NCBI GenBank assembly: GCA_044227235.1
Contig: JBGAFN010000013.1
Coordinates: 82,800-146,799 of the forward strand
DNA from: Marmoricola sp.
GTDB taxonomy: Bacteria; Actinomycetota; Actinomycetes; Propionibacteriales; Nocardioidaceae
Length of the DNA: 64,000 nucleotides
Reading direction: 5' to 3'
Part shown: positions 22,356 through 33,925 of the stretch, piece by piece
Numbering within the stretch: position 1 is the stretch's first letter
Layout: every line of letters begins with the position of its first letter
Notes under the pieces: model-generated
Told to the model about the DNA's origin: nothing
The model's input: only the letters and a program-made list of their open reading frames with translations
The model's database searches: none
Program-made: the position numbers and the translations under genes

Positions 22356-23213
22356 TCATCGTGCCAGCCGGGCGGTCGTGTAGCGGGCGCGACCTGCCAG
22401 GTCGAGATGGTCGCGCACCTCGGCCCAGCGCCCGGTCCCGGCGAACACGCCGGGCGCGGAGGTCGCCTGGACCTCGGCGTGCTCGGCCCCCACCACGCCG
22501 CCCGGGACCAGCAGCCGCGCCGCGACCCGCTCCACCACCCGCAGGGCGTCCAGGCCGTCGTCACCGCTCCACAGGGCCAGCGCGGGGTCGTGGTCGCGGA
22601 CCTCGGGCGTGACCGACTCGTAGGCCTCGAGCGGGATGTACGGCGGGTTGCTCACCACCACGTCCACGCGGCCGTCGAGCTCGGGGAAGGCCGTCGCCAT
22701 GTCGCCGTGGCGCAGGTCCACCCCGGAGCCGGCGAGGTTGCGGGCTGCCCAGCCGTGGGCGGCCTCGTCCAGCTCGACGGCGTGCACGGTGGCCTCCGGC
22801 ACCTCGGTGGCCAGCGCGAGCGCGATCGCGCCGGAGCCGGTGCACAGGTCCACCAGCACCGGGCGACGGCCGGCCGCGACCACCGCGCGCGCGCGGTCGA
22901 CGGCCCACCCGGCCAGCACCTCGGTCTCCGGTCGGGGCACGAAGACCCCCGGACCGACCGCGAGCTCGACGTACCGGAAGGCCGCCGACCCGGTGAGGTG
23001 CTGGAGCGGCTCGCGTCCCGCCCGCCGCTCCACCAGCCTCGTGAACCGCTCGGCCGCAGTCTCCTCCACCGCCGTGACGAGCGGCAGCGAGGAGCGGGAG
23101 CGTCCGAGCACGAACGCCAGCAGCTCGGCCGCGTCGACGTCGGGGCTCGCCACACCGGCCTCGGCGAGCCGGCGGGCCGCTGCGGTCAGCAGCGCCCGAG
23201 GGGCGGTGCTCAC
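22356..23213 (-). CDS. prmC: Peptide chain release factor N5-glutamine methyltransferase
   Basis: 285-aa ORF with [15 protein letters not shown] motif and SNPPYIP catalytic motif. It overlaps the prfA stop by 4 nt. Confidence 0.9.
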   Translation of the reverse strand: MSTAPRALLTAAARRLAEAGVASPDVDAAELLAFVLGRSRSSLPLVTAVEETAAERFTRLVERRAGREPLQHLTGSAAFRYVELAVGPGVFVPRPETEVLAGWAVDRARAVVAAGRRPVLVDLCTGSGAIALALATEVPEATVHAVELDEAAHGWAARNLAGSGVDLRHGDMATAFPELDGRVDVVVSNPPYIPLEAYESVTPEVRDHDPALALWSGDDGLDALRVVERVAARLLVPGGVVGAEHAEVQATSAPGVFAGTGRWAEVRDHLDLAGRARYTTARLAR

Positions 23214-24283
23214 GTGCCGAGCGCGTCGAGCCGGGCGGCCAGGTCGGCCTGGACGCTGGAGTCGATGACGGGCGCCAGGTCGCCGTCGAGCACCTGGTCG
23301 AGGTTGTGCGCCTTGTAGCCGGTGCGGTGGTCGGAGATCCGGTTCTCCGGGAAGTTGTAGGTCCGGATCCGCTCGGAACGGTCCACGGTGCGGACCTGCG
23401 AGCGGCGGGCGTCGGAGGCCTCCGCCTCGGCCGACTCCTCGGCCAGGACCAGCAGCCGCGAGCGGAGGATCCGCAGCGCCTGCTCCTTGTTCTGCAGCTG
23501 CGACTTCTCGTTCTGGCAGCTCACCACCAGACCGGTCGGCAGGTGGGTGATCCGGACGGCGGAGTCGGTGGTGTTCACGCTCTGACCGCCCGGGCCCGAG
23601 GAGCGGAAGACGTCGATGCGCAGGTCCTTCTCGTCCACCGTCACGTCGACCGGCTCCGCCTCGGGCATGACCAGGACGCCCGCGGCCGAGGTGTGCACGC
23701 GGCCCTGCGACTCGGTGACCGGGACCCGCTGGACACGGTGCACCCCGCCCTCGAACTTCAGCAGGGCGTACGGCGCCTCCCCGGGCTCGGAGGTGCCTCT
23801 GGCCTTGACCGCGACGGTGACCGACTTGTAGCCGCCCAGGTCCGAGACGGTCGCGTCGAGCTGCTCGACCCTCCAGCCGCGCTGCTCGGCGTACCGGGTG
23901 TACATCCGGAGCAGGTCCGCGGCGAAGAGCGCGGACTCCTCCCCGCCCTCACCGGACTTGATCTCCAGCAGGGCGTCCTTCGCGTCGGAGGGGTCGCGGG
24001 GCACCAGCAGGTGGCGTAGCCGCTCCTCGGCGACCTCGCGCCGGGACGCGATCGCGTCGGCCTCCTCGGCGAAGGACGCGTCCTCCGCGACGAGCTCCCG
24101 GGCGGCCTCGAGATCCTCTCCGAGCCGTTGCCACTCGCGGTAGGTCCGCACCACCGCGCTGAGCTCGGCGTAGCGCTGGTTCAGCCGCTTGGCCAGGGAC
24201 TGGTCGCTGTGGATCGCCGGATCGGCGAGCCGCTGCTCGAGGGCGGCGTGCTCGTCCACCAGGGCGTCGACGGCGTCGAACAC
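23210..24283 (-). CDS. prfA: Peptide chain release factor 1
   Basis: Track ORF trimmed to GTG at 24283. [12 protein letters not shown] (PxT-type) and [20 protein letters not shown] (GGQ) motifs. Confidence 0.9.
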   Translation of the reverse strand: MFDAVDALVDEHAALEQRLADPAIHSDQSLAKRLNQRYAELSAVVRTYREWQRLGEDLEAARELVAEDASFAEEADAIASRREVAEERLRHLLVPRDPSDAKDALLEIKSGEGGEESALFAADLLRMYTRYAEQRGWRVEQLDATVSDLGGYKSVTVAVKARGTSEPGEAPYALLKFEGGVHRVQRVPVTESQGRVHTSAAGVLVMPEAEPVDVTVDEKDLRIDVFRSSGPGGQSVNTTDSAVRITHLPTGLVVSCQNEKSQLQNKEQALRILRSRLLVLAEESAEAEASDARRSQVRTVDRSERIRTYNFPENRISDHRTGYKAHNLDQVLDGDLAPVIDSSVQADLAARLDALGT

Positions 24284-24389
24284 GGGCTCCTCCAGCGGTC
24301 GGGACGGGTCCGGACGGACGGTTCGAGGCCCGGACAAAGCGACAGGACGCCGGCGCACCTGGCGGTGCGACCGGCGTCCTGGGGTGGCG

Positions 24390-24614
24390 CTACTTCTTGT
24401 CCTCGGCCTTCGCCTTGGCGTACCGCTGCTGGAAGCGGGCGACGCGGCCACCGGTGTCCAGGATCTTCTGCTTGCCCGTGTAGAACGGGTGGCAGGCCGA
24501 GCAGACGTCGGCGTGGAGCTTGCCGCTGGTCGCGGTGCTGCGGGTCGTGAACGTGTTGCCGCAGGTGCAGGTCACCTGGGTCTCCACGTACGCGGGGTGG
24601 ATGTCCTTCTGCAT
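24390..24614 (-). CDS. rpmE: 50S ribosomal protein L31 (Zn-binding type A)
   Basis: Track ORF trimmed to ATG at 24614 ([22 protein letters not shown]...[13 protein letters not shown]). Confidence 0.9.
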   Translation of the reverse strand: MQKDIHPAYVETQVTCTCGNTFTTRSTATSGKLHADVCSACHPFYTGKQKILDTGGRVARFQQRYAKAKAEDKK

Positions 24615-24738
24615 GATGTCCTCTCTGGTCGGCCGCCGGGTCGTCATCTCGGACGAGGGACGTGAACCGGAGCCGAGGATCTAGTCTGCCAAAGAACACC
24701 CTCCGGGCGGAAATCCTTCCCTGACCTGCGCCCGGCGC

Positions 24739-26301
24739 TCAGGCCCCGGCGGCCAGGTCCCGCGGCGGGTAGAGGGGCGTGCCGCGGCGCAGCGGCAGCC
24801 GGATCACCGCCATTGTGCCCTCGCCCTCCACCGACTCGACCACGAGCGTGCCCTCGTGCCGGTCCAGGATCGTCTGCACGATGCGCAGCCCGAGGCCGGT
24901 GCCGGCGATCTCGGCCTTCACCGCGTTGGAGGCGCGGTAGAACCGCGAGCCCAGGCCGGGGAGGTCGGCGGCCGGGATCCCGATGCCCTCGTCGACGACC
25001 TCGATCACCCCGTCCTGCCCGTCCTGGGTGACGCGCAGCTCGACCGTGCCGCCGGGTCGGCTGAACTTGACCGCGTTGGAGGCCAGGTTGACCACCGCGC
25101 GGAGGAGCTGGCTCCGGTCGCCGACGAGGATCACCGGGGCGGCCGGGAGCACGGTCCGCACGGTGATGTCGCGACCCGAGGCGGTGACCCGGACGTCGGA
25201 GGCGACCTCGGTGGCGATGCCGCGCAGGTCGAGCGGCTCGCTGGACAGGGAGGTCTCCTCCGCGCGCGAGAGGGCCAGCAGGTTGGAGATCAGCTCGGTC
25301 AGCCTGTCCAGGTTGCGCCGAATCGTCCCCATCATCGAGAGCTGCATCTCGGAGAGCTCGTCGTACAGCTGGTCCTGGAGGAGCTCGAGGTAGCCCTTGA
25401 TGCTCGTCAGCGGGGTGCGCAGCTCGTGCGAGACGGTGGAGACGAGGTCGTTGCGGACCCGGTCGAGCTCCTCGAGCCGGTAGAGCACGTCGACCTCGAC
25501 GTCGCGGCCACGCAGGTTCTCCTCGGTCAGGGTGTTCAGGGCCGAGGCGATGTCGCGCACCTCCTGGGGACCCGACACCTCGGCGCGCGCAGCAGGATCG
25601 CCGGCCCCGAGCCGGCGCAGCACGTTGACCAGGTTGGAGAGCGGGTCGACCAGCTCGCGGCTGAGCTTGCCGGCCAGGACGACCGCCGCCACCACGCCGC
25701 CCACGGCGATCAGGGCGACCAGGACGAGCAGGCCGGTCAGGAGCTTGCGGGCATCGGTGCGCGCGTCCGCGGAGACCGTGATGATCTCGGTGTCGACGGT
25801 CGCCGTGGCGTCGCGGGCGTCCCGGAACAGCTCCCCGCTCGACTCGGGGGCCGGGGTCGGGGGCCGGTTGGGGGGCAGCGCGACCACCTTGGCCGCGTAG
25901 CCCTCCCGCCAGGCGGTCAGGGCCGTGGCCTGGCGCTCGACCGGCGCCTTCAGCTCGGTCACCTCGGCGGTGCCCTTCTGGAGGGTGGCGAGATGGTCGC
26001 TGATCCCGCGGTCGGCCGCCTTGAAGTCCGCGAGGTCGGCCGGGCGCCGGGTCAGCTCGTAGGTCCGAAGCGCGACCTCCGCGGTGGCGAGGTCCTCCAG
26101 GAGGTCGGTGTTCGCCGACTTGATGGGCTCGAGCGTCTCGGTGTAGCTCGACAGGGTCTGGTTGGCCACCAGGACCGAGGCCGCACTCGTCGCCCCGATC
26201 AGCAGCAGCAGGGCGACCAGCCCCACGACGGGCAGGGCCAGCTGACGTTGCACCGAGGGGACCTCACCCGGACCCACCGTGCCCATCCAGGCGGGTCTCA
26301 T
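24739..26301 (-). CDS. Sensor histidine kinase with periplasmic CHASE3-like helical sensor, HAMP, HisKA and HATPase_c
   Basis: 520-aa ORF with two TM segments, H-box VSHELRTPLTSI, N-box NLASNAVKF and G-boxes DEGIGI/GTGLGL. Confidence 0.85.
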   Translation of the reverse strand: MRPAWMGTVGPGEVPSVQRQLALPVVGLVALLLLIGATSAASVLVANQTLSSYTETLEPIKSANTDLLEDLATAEVALRTYELTRRPADLADFKAADRGISDHLATLQKGTAEVTELKAPVERQATALTAWREGYAAKVVALPPNRPPTPAPESSGELFRDARDATATVDTEIITVSADARTDARKLLTGLLVLVALIAVGGVVAAVVLAGKLSRELVDPLSNLVNVLRRLGAGDPAARAEVSGPQEVRDIASALNTLTEENLRGRDVEVDVLYRLEELDRVRNDLVSTVSHELRTPLTSIKGYLELLQDQLYDELSEMQLSMMGTIRRNLDRLTELISNLLALSRAEETSLSSEPLDLRGIATEVASDVRVTASGRDITVRTVLPAAPVILVGDRSQLLRAVVNLASNAVKFSRPGGTVELRVTQDGQDGVIEVVDEGIGIPAADLPGLGSRFYRASNAVKAEIAGTGLGLRIVQTILDRHEGTLVVESVEGEGTMAVIRLPLRRGTPLYPPRDLAAGA

Positions 26302-26320
26302 CGAGGCACCCGTCCCCCGG

Positions 26321-26692
<372 letters not shown>

Positions 26693-26739
26693 CGACCCTC
26701 ACCTCCTCCCCACGGGAGGAGCATAGTCAGCGCAGGTGC

Positions 26740-28794
26740 TCAGTCGTCGCCGTTCGAGCCAGGCGTCGTCTTCTGCACCTGCATCAGGAACTCGATGTTG
26801 CTGTGCGTCTTCCGCAGCCGCTCCAGCAGCAGCTCGAGGGCCTGCTGGCCGTCGAGCCCGGAGAGCACGCGCCGCAGCTTCCAGACGATCGCGAGCTCCT
26901 CCTTGCTCATCAGCAGCTCCTCGCGCCGGGTCCCGGACTGCACGGCGTCGATGGCCGGGAAGAGCCGCTTGTCGGCGAACTCGCGCCGCAGCCGCAGCTC
27001 CATGTTGCCGGTGCCCTTGAACTCCTCGAAGATCACCTCGTCCATCTTCGAGCCGGTCTCGATCAGCGCCGTCGCCAGGATGGTCAGCGAGCCACCGTCC
27101 TCGATGTTGCGGGCGGCGCCGAAGAACCGCTTCGGCGGGTAGAGGGCACTGGAGTCCACCCCGCCGGACAGGATGCGACCGCTGGCGGGGGCGGCGAGGT
27201 TGTAGGCGCGGCCGAGGCGGGTGATGCCGTCGAGCAGCACCACGACGTCGTGGCCGAGCTCCACCAGCCGCTTGGCCCGCTCGATCGCCAGCTCCGCGAC
27301 CGTGGTGTGGTCGCTGGCGGGCCGGTCGAAGGTGGAGGCGATGACCTCGCCCTTGACCGTGCGCTGGAAGTCGGTGACCTCCTCGGGACGCTCGTCCACC
27401 AGCACGATCATCAGGTGGCACTCGGGGTTGTTGGAGGTGATCGAGTTCGCGATCGACTGCAGGATCATCGTCTTGCCCGCCTTGGGCGGGGAGACGATGA
27501 GTCCGCGCTGGCCCTTGCCGATCGGGGCGGCGATGTCGATGACGCGCCCGATCATGTTCGCCGAGTCGGTCTCCAGCCGGAGCCGCTCGGAGGCGTACAG
27601 GGGGGTCAGCTTGTTGAAGTCGACGCGCTCCTTGGCCGCATCGACGTCACCACCGTTGACCGTCTCGAGGCGGACGAGCGGGTTGAACTTCTGCTTGCTC
27701 TCGCCCTCGCGCTGCTGGCGGACCACGCCGGTGACCGCGTCGCCCTTGCGCAGCCCGAACTTGCGGACCATCGACAGGGAGACGTAGACGTCGTTGGGGC
27801 CGGGCAGGTAGCCGGTCGTCCGGACGAAGGCGTAGTTGTCGAGGATGTCGACGATGCCCGCGACCGGCACCAGCACGTCGTCCTCGGTGACCTCGTAGTC
27901 GATCTCGGACGGCGGGCGGTTGCGCTCGCGGAAGCCGCCGCCCTGGGGTGCCGTCGCCGGCGCCCCACCCTGACGCTCGCGGCCGCGGCGGCGGCGGCTG
28001 CGGCGGTTGCCGCCAAGCTCGTCGTCCTGGCCGCCCTGGGCGGCGCGGTCCTGGCCACCCTGGTTGCGGTCCTGGTTGCCCTGCGCGGCCCGGTCCTGGT
28101 GCCCGCGGTCACGCTCGGGGCGGTCCTGGTTGCCCTGGTTGCGGTCCTGGGCACGGTCCTGGTTGCCCCGGTCACGCTCGGGTCGGTCATGGTTGCCCTG
28201 GTTGCCCTGGTTGCCCTGGTTGCCGCCCTGGGCCCGCTCCGGGCGGTCCTGGCCGGCCGCGCGGTTCTGGTTGCCACCCTGCTGCCGGCCCTGACGGTTC
28301 TGCGGCTGCCGGTCCTCGCGCGGCTCGTGGTCCTCCCGGGACGGCGCGTCGTCGCGCTCGGTCCGGGCCGCGGGCTGCTCGGCGGGCCGCTCGGTCCGCT
28401 CGTCCTGCTCGGCGCGTCCCTCGGAGCGCTCGGGCCGCTCCGGGCGGTCTCCCCGCTCCGGGCGCTCTCCCCGCTCCGGGCGCTCTCCCCGCTCGGGGCG
28501 GTCGGTCGGAGCCGACGCGCCGGCCTCCGGGCGGCTCTCCTTCGCCGGGGCGGCGGTGCGCCCGGCCGGCTGCTCGGCAGTGTGCTGGGGGGCGGACGCC
28601 GCACCGGCCTGCGCCGAGCGGATGGCGTCGACCAGCTGGGCCTTCTTCATGCTGCTGACGCCCTTGATCCCCAGCCCGCCCGCGATCGCCTTGAGCTCGG
28701 GCAGGAGCTTGGAGCTCAGCCCTCCGGACGCGCGACCGGCACGCCCGGTGTCGCCCGTGGTCGAGTCGGGGGTGGTTTCGGCGGTGTCCGACAC
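26740..28794 (-). CDS. rho: Transcription termination factor Rho with ~225-aa low-complexity insertion in the N-terminal domain
   Basis: 684-aa ORF. N-terminal LPELKAIAGGLGIKGVSSMKKAQLVDAI, RNA-binding and ATPase core (GLIVSPPKAGKT...), and an R/G/D/E/N/Q-rich insert at residues ~65-290. Confidence 0.95.
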   Translation of the reverse strand: MSDTAETTPDSTTGDTGRAGRASGGLSSKLLPELKAIAGGLGIKGVSSMKKAQLVDAIRSAQAGAASAPQHTAEQPAGRTAAPAKESRPEAGASAPTDRPERGERPERGERPERGDRPERPERSEGRAEQDERTERPAEQPAARTERDDAPSREDHEPREDRQPQNRQGRQQGGNQNRAAGQDRPERAQGGNQGNQGNQGNHDRPERDRGNQDRAQDRNQGNQDRPERDRGHQDRAAQGNQDRNQGGQDRAAQGGQDDELGGNRRSRRRRGRERQGGAPATAPQGGGFRERNRPPSEIDYEVTEDDVLVPVAGIVDILDNYAFVRTTGYLPGPNDVYVSLSMVRKFGLRKGDAVTGVVRQQREGESKQKFNPLVRLETVNGGDVDAAKERVDFNKLTPLYASERLRLETDSANMIGRVIDIAAPIGKGQRGLIVSPPKAGKTMILQSIANSITSNNPECHLMIVLVDERPEEVTDFQRTVKGEVIASTFDRPASDHTTVAELAIERAKRLVELGHDVVVLLDGITRLGRAYNLAAPASGRILSGGVDSSALYPPKRFFGAARNIEDGGSLTILATALIETGSKMDEVIFEEFKGTGNMELRLRREFADKRLFPAIDAVQSGTRREELLMSKEELAIVWKLRRVLSGLDGQQALELLLERLRKTHSNIEFLMQVQKTTPGSNGDD
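27927..28602 (-). repeat. Coding low-complexity/micro-tandem repeat region inside rho (RPERGE x3 as 18-nt units; GNQ x4 as 9-nt units; QDR/NQG reiterations)
   Basis: Visible at DNA level, for example ggttgccct x4 near 28190-28225 and ccgctccgggcgctctcc reiterated near 28441-28500. It is in frame within rho. Confidence 0.8.
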
Positions 28795-29024
28795 GTGAGG
28801 TCCTTCCCACGTCGAGGCCGGGGCGGCGCGAGCCGGTGGCCTTCATCAAGTGATTTTCCTGCGGAGCCCCTGACCGCTGCGGGTCGGCGTCGTCTCCGCG
28901 ACGCGCGGCGGTGGGGGGCTCGAGAAGAAGCGCCGTGCCGTGGGCTGGGGTGCCTGCGTCTGTGGACGGGCATCAGTCGCGTTCCGGCGCTTCGTCAGCG
29001 TAGCACCCGGGAAGCGGACACCGG

Positions 29025-29930
29025 TCAGATCCTGCGGACCCCGTCCGGGTCGACCTCCAGGTGCCGCGCGACCCAGCCCGTCGGCGTCCGCCCGAGCACC
29101 TCGTCGACCTGGTCCGGGGCCACCAGGGCCAGGACGGTGGGGCCTGCCCCGGAGACGACCGCGGGGTAGCCGTCCGCCCGCAGGCCCGCGATCAGCGCCG
29201 CGGACTCCGGCATGGCCGGGGCCCGGTAGGGCTGGTGCAGCCGGTCGTCGGTCGCCTCCATCAGCACGTCGGGACGACCGGTCAGGGCCGCCACGACCAG
29301 CGCGGCCCGGCCGGCGTTGTGGGAGGCGTCGGCATGCGACACCTCGTCGGGGAGCAGGCCCCGGGCGACCCGGGTCTCGAGGGGCTGCGCGGGGACCAGG
29401 ACGACGAACGCGACCTCGGAGGTCACCTCGAGCCGCACCGCGCGGAAGGCTCCGCCCTCCTCGGCGAAGGCGATCGTGAAGCCGCCGTACACGGCGGGCG
29501 CGACGTTGTCGGGGTGCCCCTCGATCTCCGCGGCCAGCGCGAAGAGCGCGTCGGTCGACATCCGCTGCTCGCCGTCGGCGACCAGGGCCCGGGCCAGGGC
29601 CACCCCACCCACGATGGCGGCCGAGGACGACCCCAGCCCCCGTCCGTGCGGCAGGACGTTGCGGCAGGCCAGCCGCAGTCCGGGGGCGGGCACGCCGAGC
29701 GCCTCGAAGGCACGCAGCATCGAGCGCACGACCAGGTGGGACTCGTCGAGCGGGACGGATCCGGCGCCCTCCCCCTCGACCAGCACCTCGACCCCGGGCT
29801 CGTCGCGCACCTCGGCGACCAGGTGGTCGTGCAGCGCGAGCGCGAGACCCAGCGCGTCGAAGCCCGGGCCGAGGTTCGCGGACGTGGCGGGGACCCGGAC
29901 CTCGACGGGTCCGGACACGAAGGGGGTCAC
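29025..29930 (-). CDS. thrB: Homoserine kinase
   Basis: 301-aa ORF with PATSANLGPGFD and GRGLGSSSAAIVGG GHMP-kinase motifs. Confidence 0.9.
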   Translation of the reverse strand: MTPFVSGPVEVRVPATSANLGPGFDALGLALALHDHLVAEVRDEPGVEVLVEGEGAGSVPLDESHLVVRSMLRAFEALGVPAPGLRLACRNVLPHGRGLGSSSAAIVGGVALARALVADGEQRMSTDALFALAAEIEGHPDNVAPAVYGGFTIAFAEEGGAFRAVRLEVTSEVAFVVLVPAQPLETRVARGLLPDEVSHADASHNAGRAALVVAALTGRPDVLMEATDDRLHQPYRAPAMPESAALIAGLRADGYPAVVSGAGPTVLALVAPDQVDEVLGRTPTGWVARHLEVDPDGVRRI

Positions 29931-29931
29931 C

Positions 29932-31026
29932 TCAGGCCAGCCCCGCGGCCTCGGCGGCGGCAGCCACGTCGGCCTCGACCACGGTGTCGACGAAGTCGGT
30001 GAAGGTGGACAGCGCGGTGTCGATGTCCTTCAGGCCGTGTCCTGTCACCGTCACGACCATCGTGCGGCCGCGGAAGTCGGCGCCGCGCTCGACGTCCTGG
30101 AGGAGTCCGGCCACGCTCGCGGCGGAGCCGGGCTCCACGAAGATGCCCTCGCGCGCCGCCAGGTGGCGCTGTGCCTGCAGGATCTCCTCGTCGCTCACCG
30201 CGCCGAAGCGTCCCCCGGAGACCTCGGCCGCCTCGACCGCCAGGTGCCACGAGGCGGGGTTGCCGATCCGGATCGCCGAGGCGACCGTCTCCGGGGCACT
30301 GACCGGCGCCCCGTGCACGAGCGGCGCCGCTCCGGCCGCCTGCCAGCCGAGCATCTGCGGCTTGCGGCTGCTCATCCCGGCGGCCTCGTACTCGACGTAG
30401 CCCTTCCAGTAGGCCGAGATGTTGCCGGCATTGCCGACCGGCAGGACGTGGACGTCGGGGGCGTCGCCCAGGAAGTCGACGATCTCGAACGACGCGGTCT
30501 TCTGGCCCTCGAGGCGGAACGGGTTCACCGAGTTCACCAGGGCGACCGGGTAGTTCTCGGCCAGGCCCCGGGAGATGCGCAGGCAGTCGTCGAAGTTGCC
30601 GCGCACCATGATCACCTGGGCGCCGTGCACGATCGCCTGGGCGAGCTTGCCCGCGGCGATCTTGCCCTGCGGCACGAGCACCAGCGGCTTGACCTTGGCC
30701 CGGGCGGCGTAGGCGGCCATCGAGGCGCTGGTGTTGCCGGTCGAGGCGCACACGACCGCCTCCGCGCCCTGGCCGACCGCGACCGACAGGGCCACGGTCA
30801 TGCCGCGGTCCTTGAACGACCCGGTCGGGTTGCTGCCCTCGACCTTGATCCACACGTCGGCACCGGTGAGCGCCGAGAGCCAGGGGCTGTCCACCAGCGG
30901 CGTGCCCCCCTCGCGCAGGGTGTACGTCGGGGTGCCCTCGGGCAGCGGCAGCCACTCGCGGTACTCCTCGATCACCCCACGCCACTGGTGGGTGACGCCC
31001 GGCCGCAGGCCCGTCCCGGTGCTCAT
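29932..31026 (-). CDS. thrC: Threonine synthase
   Basis: ATG at 31026 inside track ORF 29932..32406 ([27 protein letters not shown]...[15 protein letters not shown]). It overlaps the hom stop by 4 nt. Confidence 0.9.
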   Translation of the reverse strand: MSTGTGLRPGVTHQWRGVIEEYREWLPLPEGTPTYTLREGGTPLVDSPWLSALTGADVWIKVEGSNPTGSFKDRGMTVALSVAVGQGAEAVVCASTGNTSASMAAYAARAKVKPLVLVPQGKIAAGKLAQAIVHGAQVIMVRGNFDDCLRISRGLAENYPVALVNSVNPFRLEGQKTASFEIVDFLGDAPDVHVLPVGNAGNISAYWKGYVEYEAAGMSSRKPQMLGWQAAGAAPLVHGAPVSAPETVASAIRIGNPASWHLAVEAAEVSGGRFGAVSDEEILQAQRHLAAREGIFVEPGSAASVAGLLQDVERGADFRGRTMVVTVTGHGLKDIDTALSTFTDFVDTVVEADVAAAAEAAGLA

Positions 31027-32324
31027 TCGGTCTCTCCCTCGACCCTCATCACCGAGGACACGTCCCGGACCTCGGGCATCCGCCGCAGCGCCTCCACCGT
31101 GGCCGACAGCGCCTGGTCGCTCGCGCGGTGCGAGACCACCACCAGCTGGGCGTCGTCCCCGCGGCCCTCCTGGCGGACCGTCTGGATCGAGACGCCCTGC
31201 TCGGCGAACGCGGTGGCCACCGCGGCCAGCACGCCGGCGCGGTCGTCCACGTCGATCGCGACGTGGTAGCGCGTGGTCGTCTGCCCCATCGGCAGGATCT
31301 CCAGCTGGGCGTAGGCGGACTCGCCGGCACCACGGACGTCGGCGAGGCGGTTGCGCGCCACGGTGACCAGGTCGCCCAGGACGGCCGACGCGGTGGGCGA
31401 GCCGCCCGCTCCGGGGCCGTAGAACATCAGCTGACCGGCGGCCTCGCTCTCCACGAAGACCGCGTTGTAGGCCTCGCGGACGCTCGCCAGCGGATGGGAG
31501 CGCGGGATCATGGCCGGGTGGACCCGCGCCGACACCGCGGGACCGTCGGGGCCGTCGGCCAGGTCGCAGATGGCCAGCAGCTTGACCACGCAGCCCATCT
31601 CCCGGGCCGAGGCGACGTCGGCGGCGGTGACGTCGGAGATGCCCTCGCGGTGCACGTCCGAGGCGACCACCCGGGTGTGGAAGGCGAGGCTGGCGAGGAT
31701 GGCGGCCTTCGCCGCGGCGTCGAAGCCCTCCACGTCGGCGGTCGGGTCGGCCTCGGCGTACCCGAGCTCCTGGGCCTCCTCGAGCGCCTCGGTGAAGCCG
31801 GCGCCGGAGGTGTCCATCTTGTCGAGGATGAAGTTGGTGGTGCCGTTGACGATGCCGAGCACCCGGCGGACCCGGTCCCCGGCGAGCGACTCGCGCAGCG
31901 GGCGCAGGATCGGGATGGCGCCGGCCACGGCCGCCTCGTAGTAGAGGTCGCGCCCCGCCTTCTCCGCGGCGGCGTAGAGCGTGGCGCCGTCCTCGGCGAG
32001 CAGCGCCTTGTTGGCCGTCACGACGCTCGCGCCGTTCTCCAGGGCGGACAGGATCAGGGTGCGCGCGGGCTCGATCCCGCCGATCACCTCGATGACCAGG
32101 TCGACCCCGGAGGCGACCAGGCCCTCGGCGTCGGTGGTGAGCAGGTGCGCGGGCACCTCGACGTCGCGGCGCGCGTCGGGCCGTCGTACGGCGACCCCGA
32201 CCAGCTCCAGGGGGGCGCCCACGCGGGCCGCGAGGTCGTCGGCCTGCTCGTGGAGCAGCCGCACGACCTGGCTGCCGACGGAGCCGCAGCCCAGCAACGC
32301 GACCTTCAAAGCTCGGGACGTCAC
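31023..32324 (-). CDS. hom: Homoserine dehydrogenase (with C-terminal ACT domain)
   Basis: 433-aa ORF with [15 protein letters not shown] Rossmann motif and full-length homology. Confidence 0.9.
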   Translation of the reverse strand: MTSRALKVALLGCGSVGSQVVRLLHEQADDLAARVGAPLELVGVAVRRPDARRDVEVPAHLLTTDAEGLVASGVDLVIEVIGGIEPARTLILSALENGASVVTANKALLAEDGATLYAAAEKAGRDLYYEAAVAGAIPILRPLRESLAGDRVRRVLGIVNGTTNFILDKMDTSGAGFTEALEEAQELGYAEADPTADVEGFDAAAKAAILASLAFHTRVVASDVHREGISDVTAADVASAREMGCVVKLLAICDLADGPDGPAVSARVHPAMIPRSHPLASVREAYNAVFVESEAAGQLMFYGPGAGGSPTASAVLGDLVTVARNRLADVRGAGESAYAQLEILPMGQTTTRYHVAIDVDDRAGVLAAVATAFAEQGVSIQTVRQEGRGDDAQLVVVSHRASDQALSATVEALRRMPEVRDVSSVMRVEGETE

Positions 32325-32464
32325 CCTCGCCGCCCTTCTCCACCACGGGGACCGGAACCTCTAGCGTCGCCCATCCTCCCGCATCGGGGCTCGGGCGCGC
32401 AGGCAACCGGTCGGCTCGTCCGATTCATGAGACTTCTCCCCCGCGCCCGCTGCAGCACAGACCT

Positions 32465-33865
32465 TCAGGCGCCGACGTCGGTCCGCAGGAGATCTTCCTC
32501 GGTCTCCCGGCGGACCACGACGCGGGAGACGCCGTCCCGGACCGCGACCACGGGGGGCCTCAGGACGTGGTTGTAGTTGCTGGCCATCGACCAGCAGTAG
32601 GCGCCTGTCCCGGGCACCGCGACCAGGTCGCCCGGGGCGACGTCCCCGGGGAGGAACTCGTCCTTGACGACGATGTCGCCGGCCTCGCAGTGCTTCCCCA
32701 CGACACGAGTGAGCACCGGGGGCGCCTCGGAGGACCGGGAGGCCAGCGTGCAGGAGTAGTCGGCGTCGTAGAGGGCGGTGCGGATGTTGTCGCTCATCCC
32801 GCCGTCGACCGAGACGTAGGTGCGCACCGCGCCCGCGTCGAGCTCGACCCGCTTGACGGTGCCGACCTCGTAGAGGGTGCACATGGCCGGCCCGACGATG
32901 GCCCGGCCGGGCTCGATGGAGAGCCGCGGCACCTCCACCGCGAGGGCCCGGCACTCGTGCTCCACGATCTTGGTCAGCTCGACCGCGAGCTGGGCGGGGT
33001 CGCTGGGGTCGTCCTGGCTGGTGTAGGCGATGCCGAACCCGCCGCCGAGGTCGAGCTCGGGCATCGTGACCCCGAGCTCCTCGGACACCCGGGCGTGCAG
33101 CGCGAGGACCCGTCGTGCCGCCACCTCGAAGCCGGAGGTGTCGAAGATCTGCGACCCGATGTGGCTGTGGAGTCCGAGCAGCCGCAGCCCCGGGGTCTCC
33201 TCGATCCGGCGCACCGCCTCGAGGGCGTCGCCCGAGGAGATGGAGAAGCCGAACTTCTGGTCCTCGTGGGCGGTCGCGATGTACTCGTGCGTGTGCGCCT
33301 CGACGCCCGCGGTCACCCGGACCATCACCGGGGCGACCCCGCCGGTGGCGGCGGTGAGCTCGGCGAGCCGGGCGATCTCGTGGAAGGAGTCGACGATGAT
33401 CCGGCCCACCCCGGCCTCCAGGGCGCGGGTCAGCTCGGCCATGCTCTTGTTGTTGCCGTGGAAGCCGACCCGGGCGGGGTCGACGCCGGCCCGCAGCGCC
33501 ACCGCCAGCTCGCCTCCGGAGCAGACGTCGAGGCAGAGGCCCTCCTCGGCGACCCAGCGGGCGACCGCCGTACAGAGGAAGGCCTTGCCGGCGTAGTAGA
33601 CGTCGTAGTCGGCGAACGCGGTCCGGAACGCGCGGGCGCGCGCCCGGAAGTCGGCCTCGTCCAGCACGAAGGCGGGGGTGCCGTGCTGCGCGGCCAGGTC
33701 ACGGACGTCCACCCCGCCGACCGAGAGCGCCCCGTCGGTGCCCTTGGCCGCGGTCGTGGACCACAGCAGCGGCATCAGCGCGTTGACCTCCGCCGGCTCC
33801 CGCAGCCAGGCCGGGCCGCGCGCGCTGATGTCGGCGTGCAGCGCCCCTGCCTCGTGTGCCCTCAT
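32465..33865 (-). CDS. lysA: Diaminopimelate decarboxylase
   Basis: 466-aa ORF. YAGKAF (PLP Lys), HSHIGSQ, GGGFGI and CEAGD motifs. Confidence 0.9.
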   Translation of the reverse strand: MRAHEAGALHADISARGPAWLREPAEVNALMPLLWSTTAAKGTDGALSVGGVDVRDLAAQHGTPAFVLDEADFRARARAFRTAFADYDVYYAGKAFLCTAVARWVAEEGLCLDVCSGGELAVALRAGVDPARVGFHGNNKSMAELTRALEAGVGRIIVDSFHEIARLAELTAATGGVAPVMVRVTAGVEAHTHEYIATAHEDQKFGFSISSGDALEAVRRIEETPGLRLLGLHSHIGSQIFDTSGFEVAARRVLALHARVSEELGVTMPELDLGGGFGIAYTSQDDPSDPAQLAVELTKIVEHECRALAVEVPRLSIEPGRAIVGPAMCTLYEVGTVKRVELDAGAVRTYVSVDGGMSDNIRTALYDADYSCTLASRSSEAPPVLTRVVGKHCEAGDIVVKDEFLPGDVAPGDLVAVPGTGAYCWSMASNYNHVLRPPVVAVRDGVSRVVVRRETEEDLLRTDVGA

Positions 33866-33925
33866 CGTCGGCCCCTCTCCGTGGTGGCCCTCGCGGGGCT
33901 CGTGACCGTCGTCATCGTCGTCTCC

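Noticed and set aside
27927-28602. Possible CRISPR-like array (short direct repeats), also considered for 61055..61222
   Set aside because: The repeats are 9-24 nt, contiguous, without unique spacers, and in frame inside well-supported coding sequences. There are no cas genes in the window.
29932-32406. 824-aa ORF suggesting a giant ThrC fusion
   Set aside because: Only the last 364 codons (from ATG 31026) are threonine synthase. The upstream part is an alternative frame running over hom, which has its own well-supported ORF (31023..32324).
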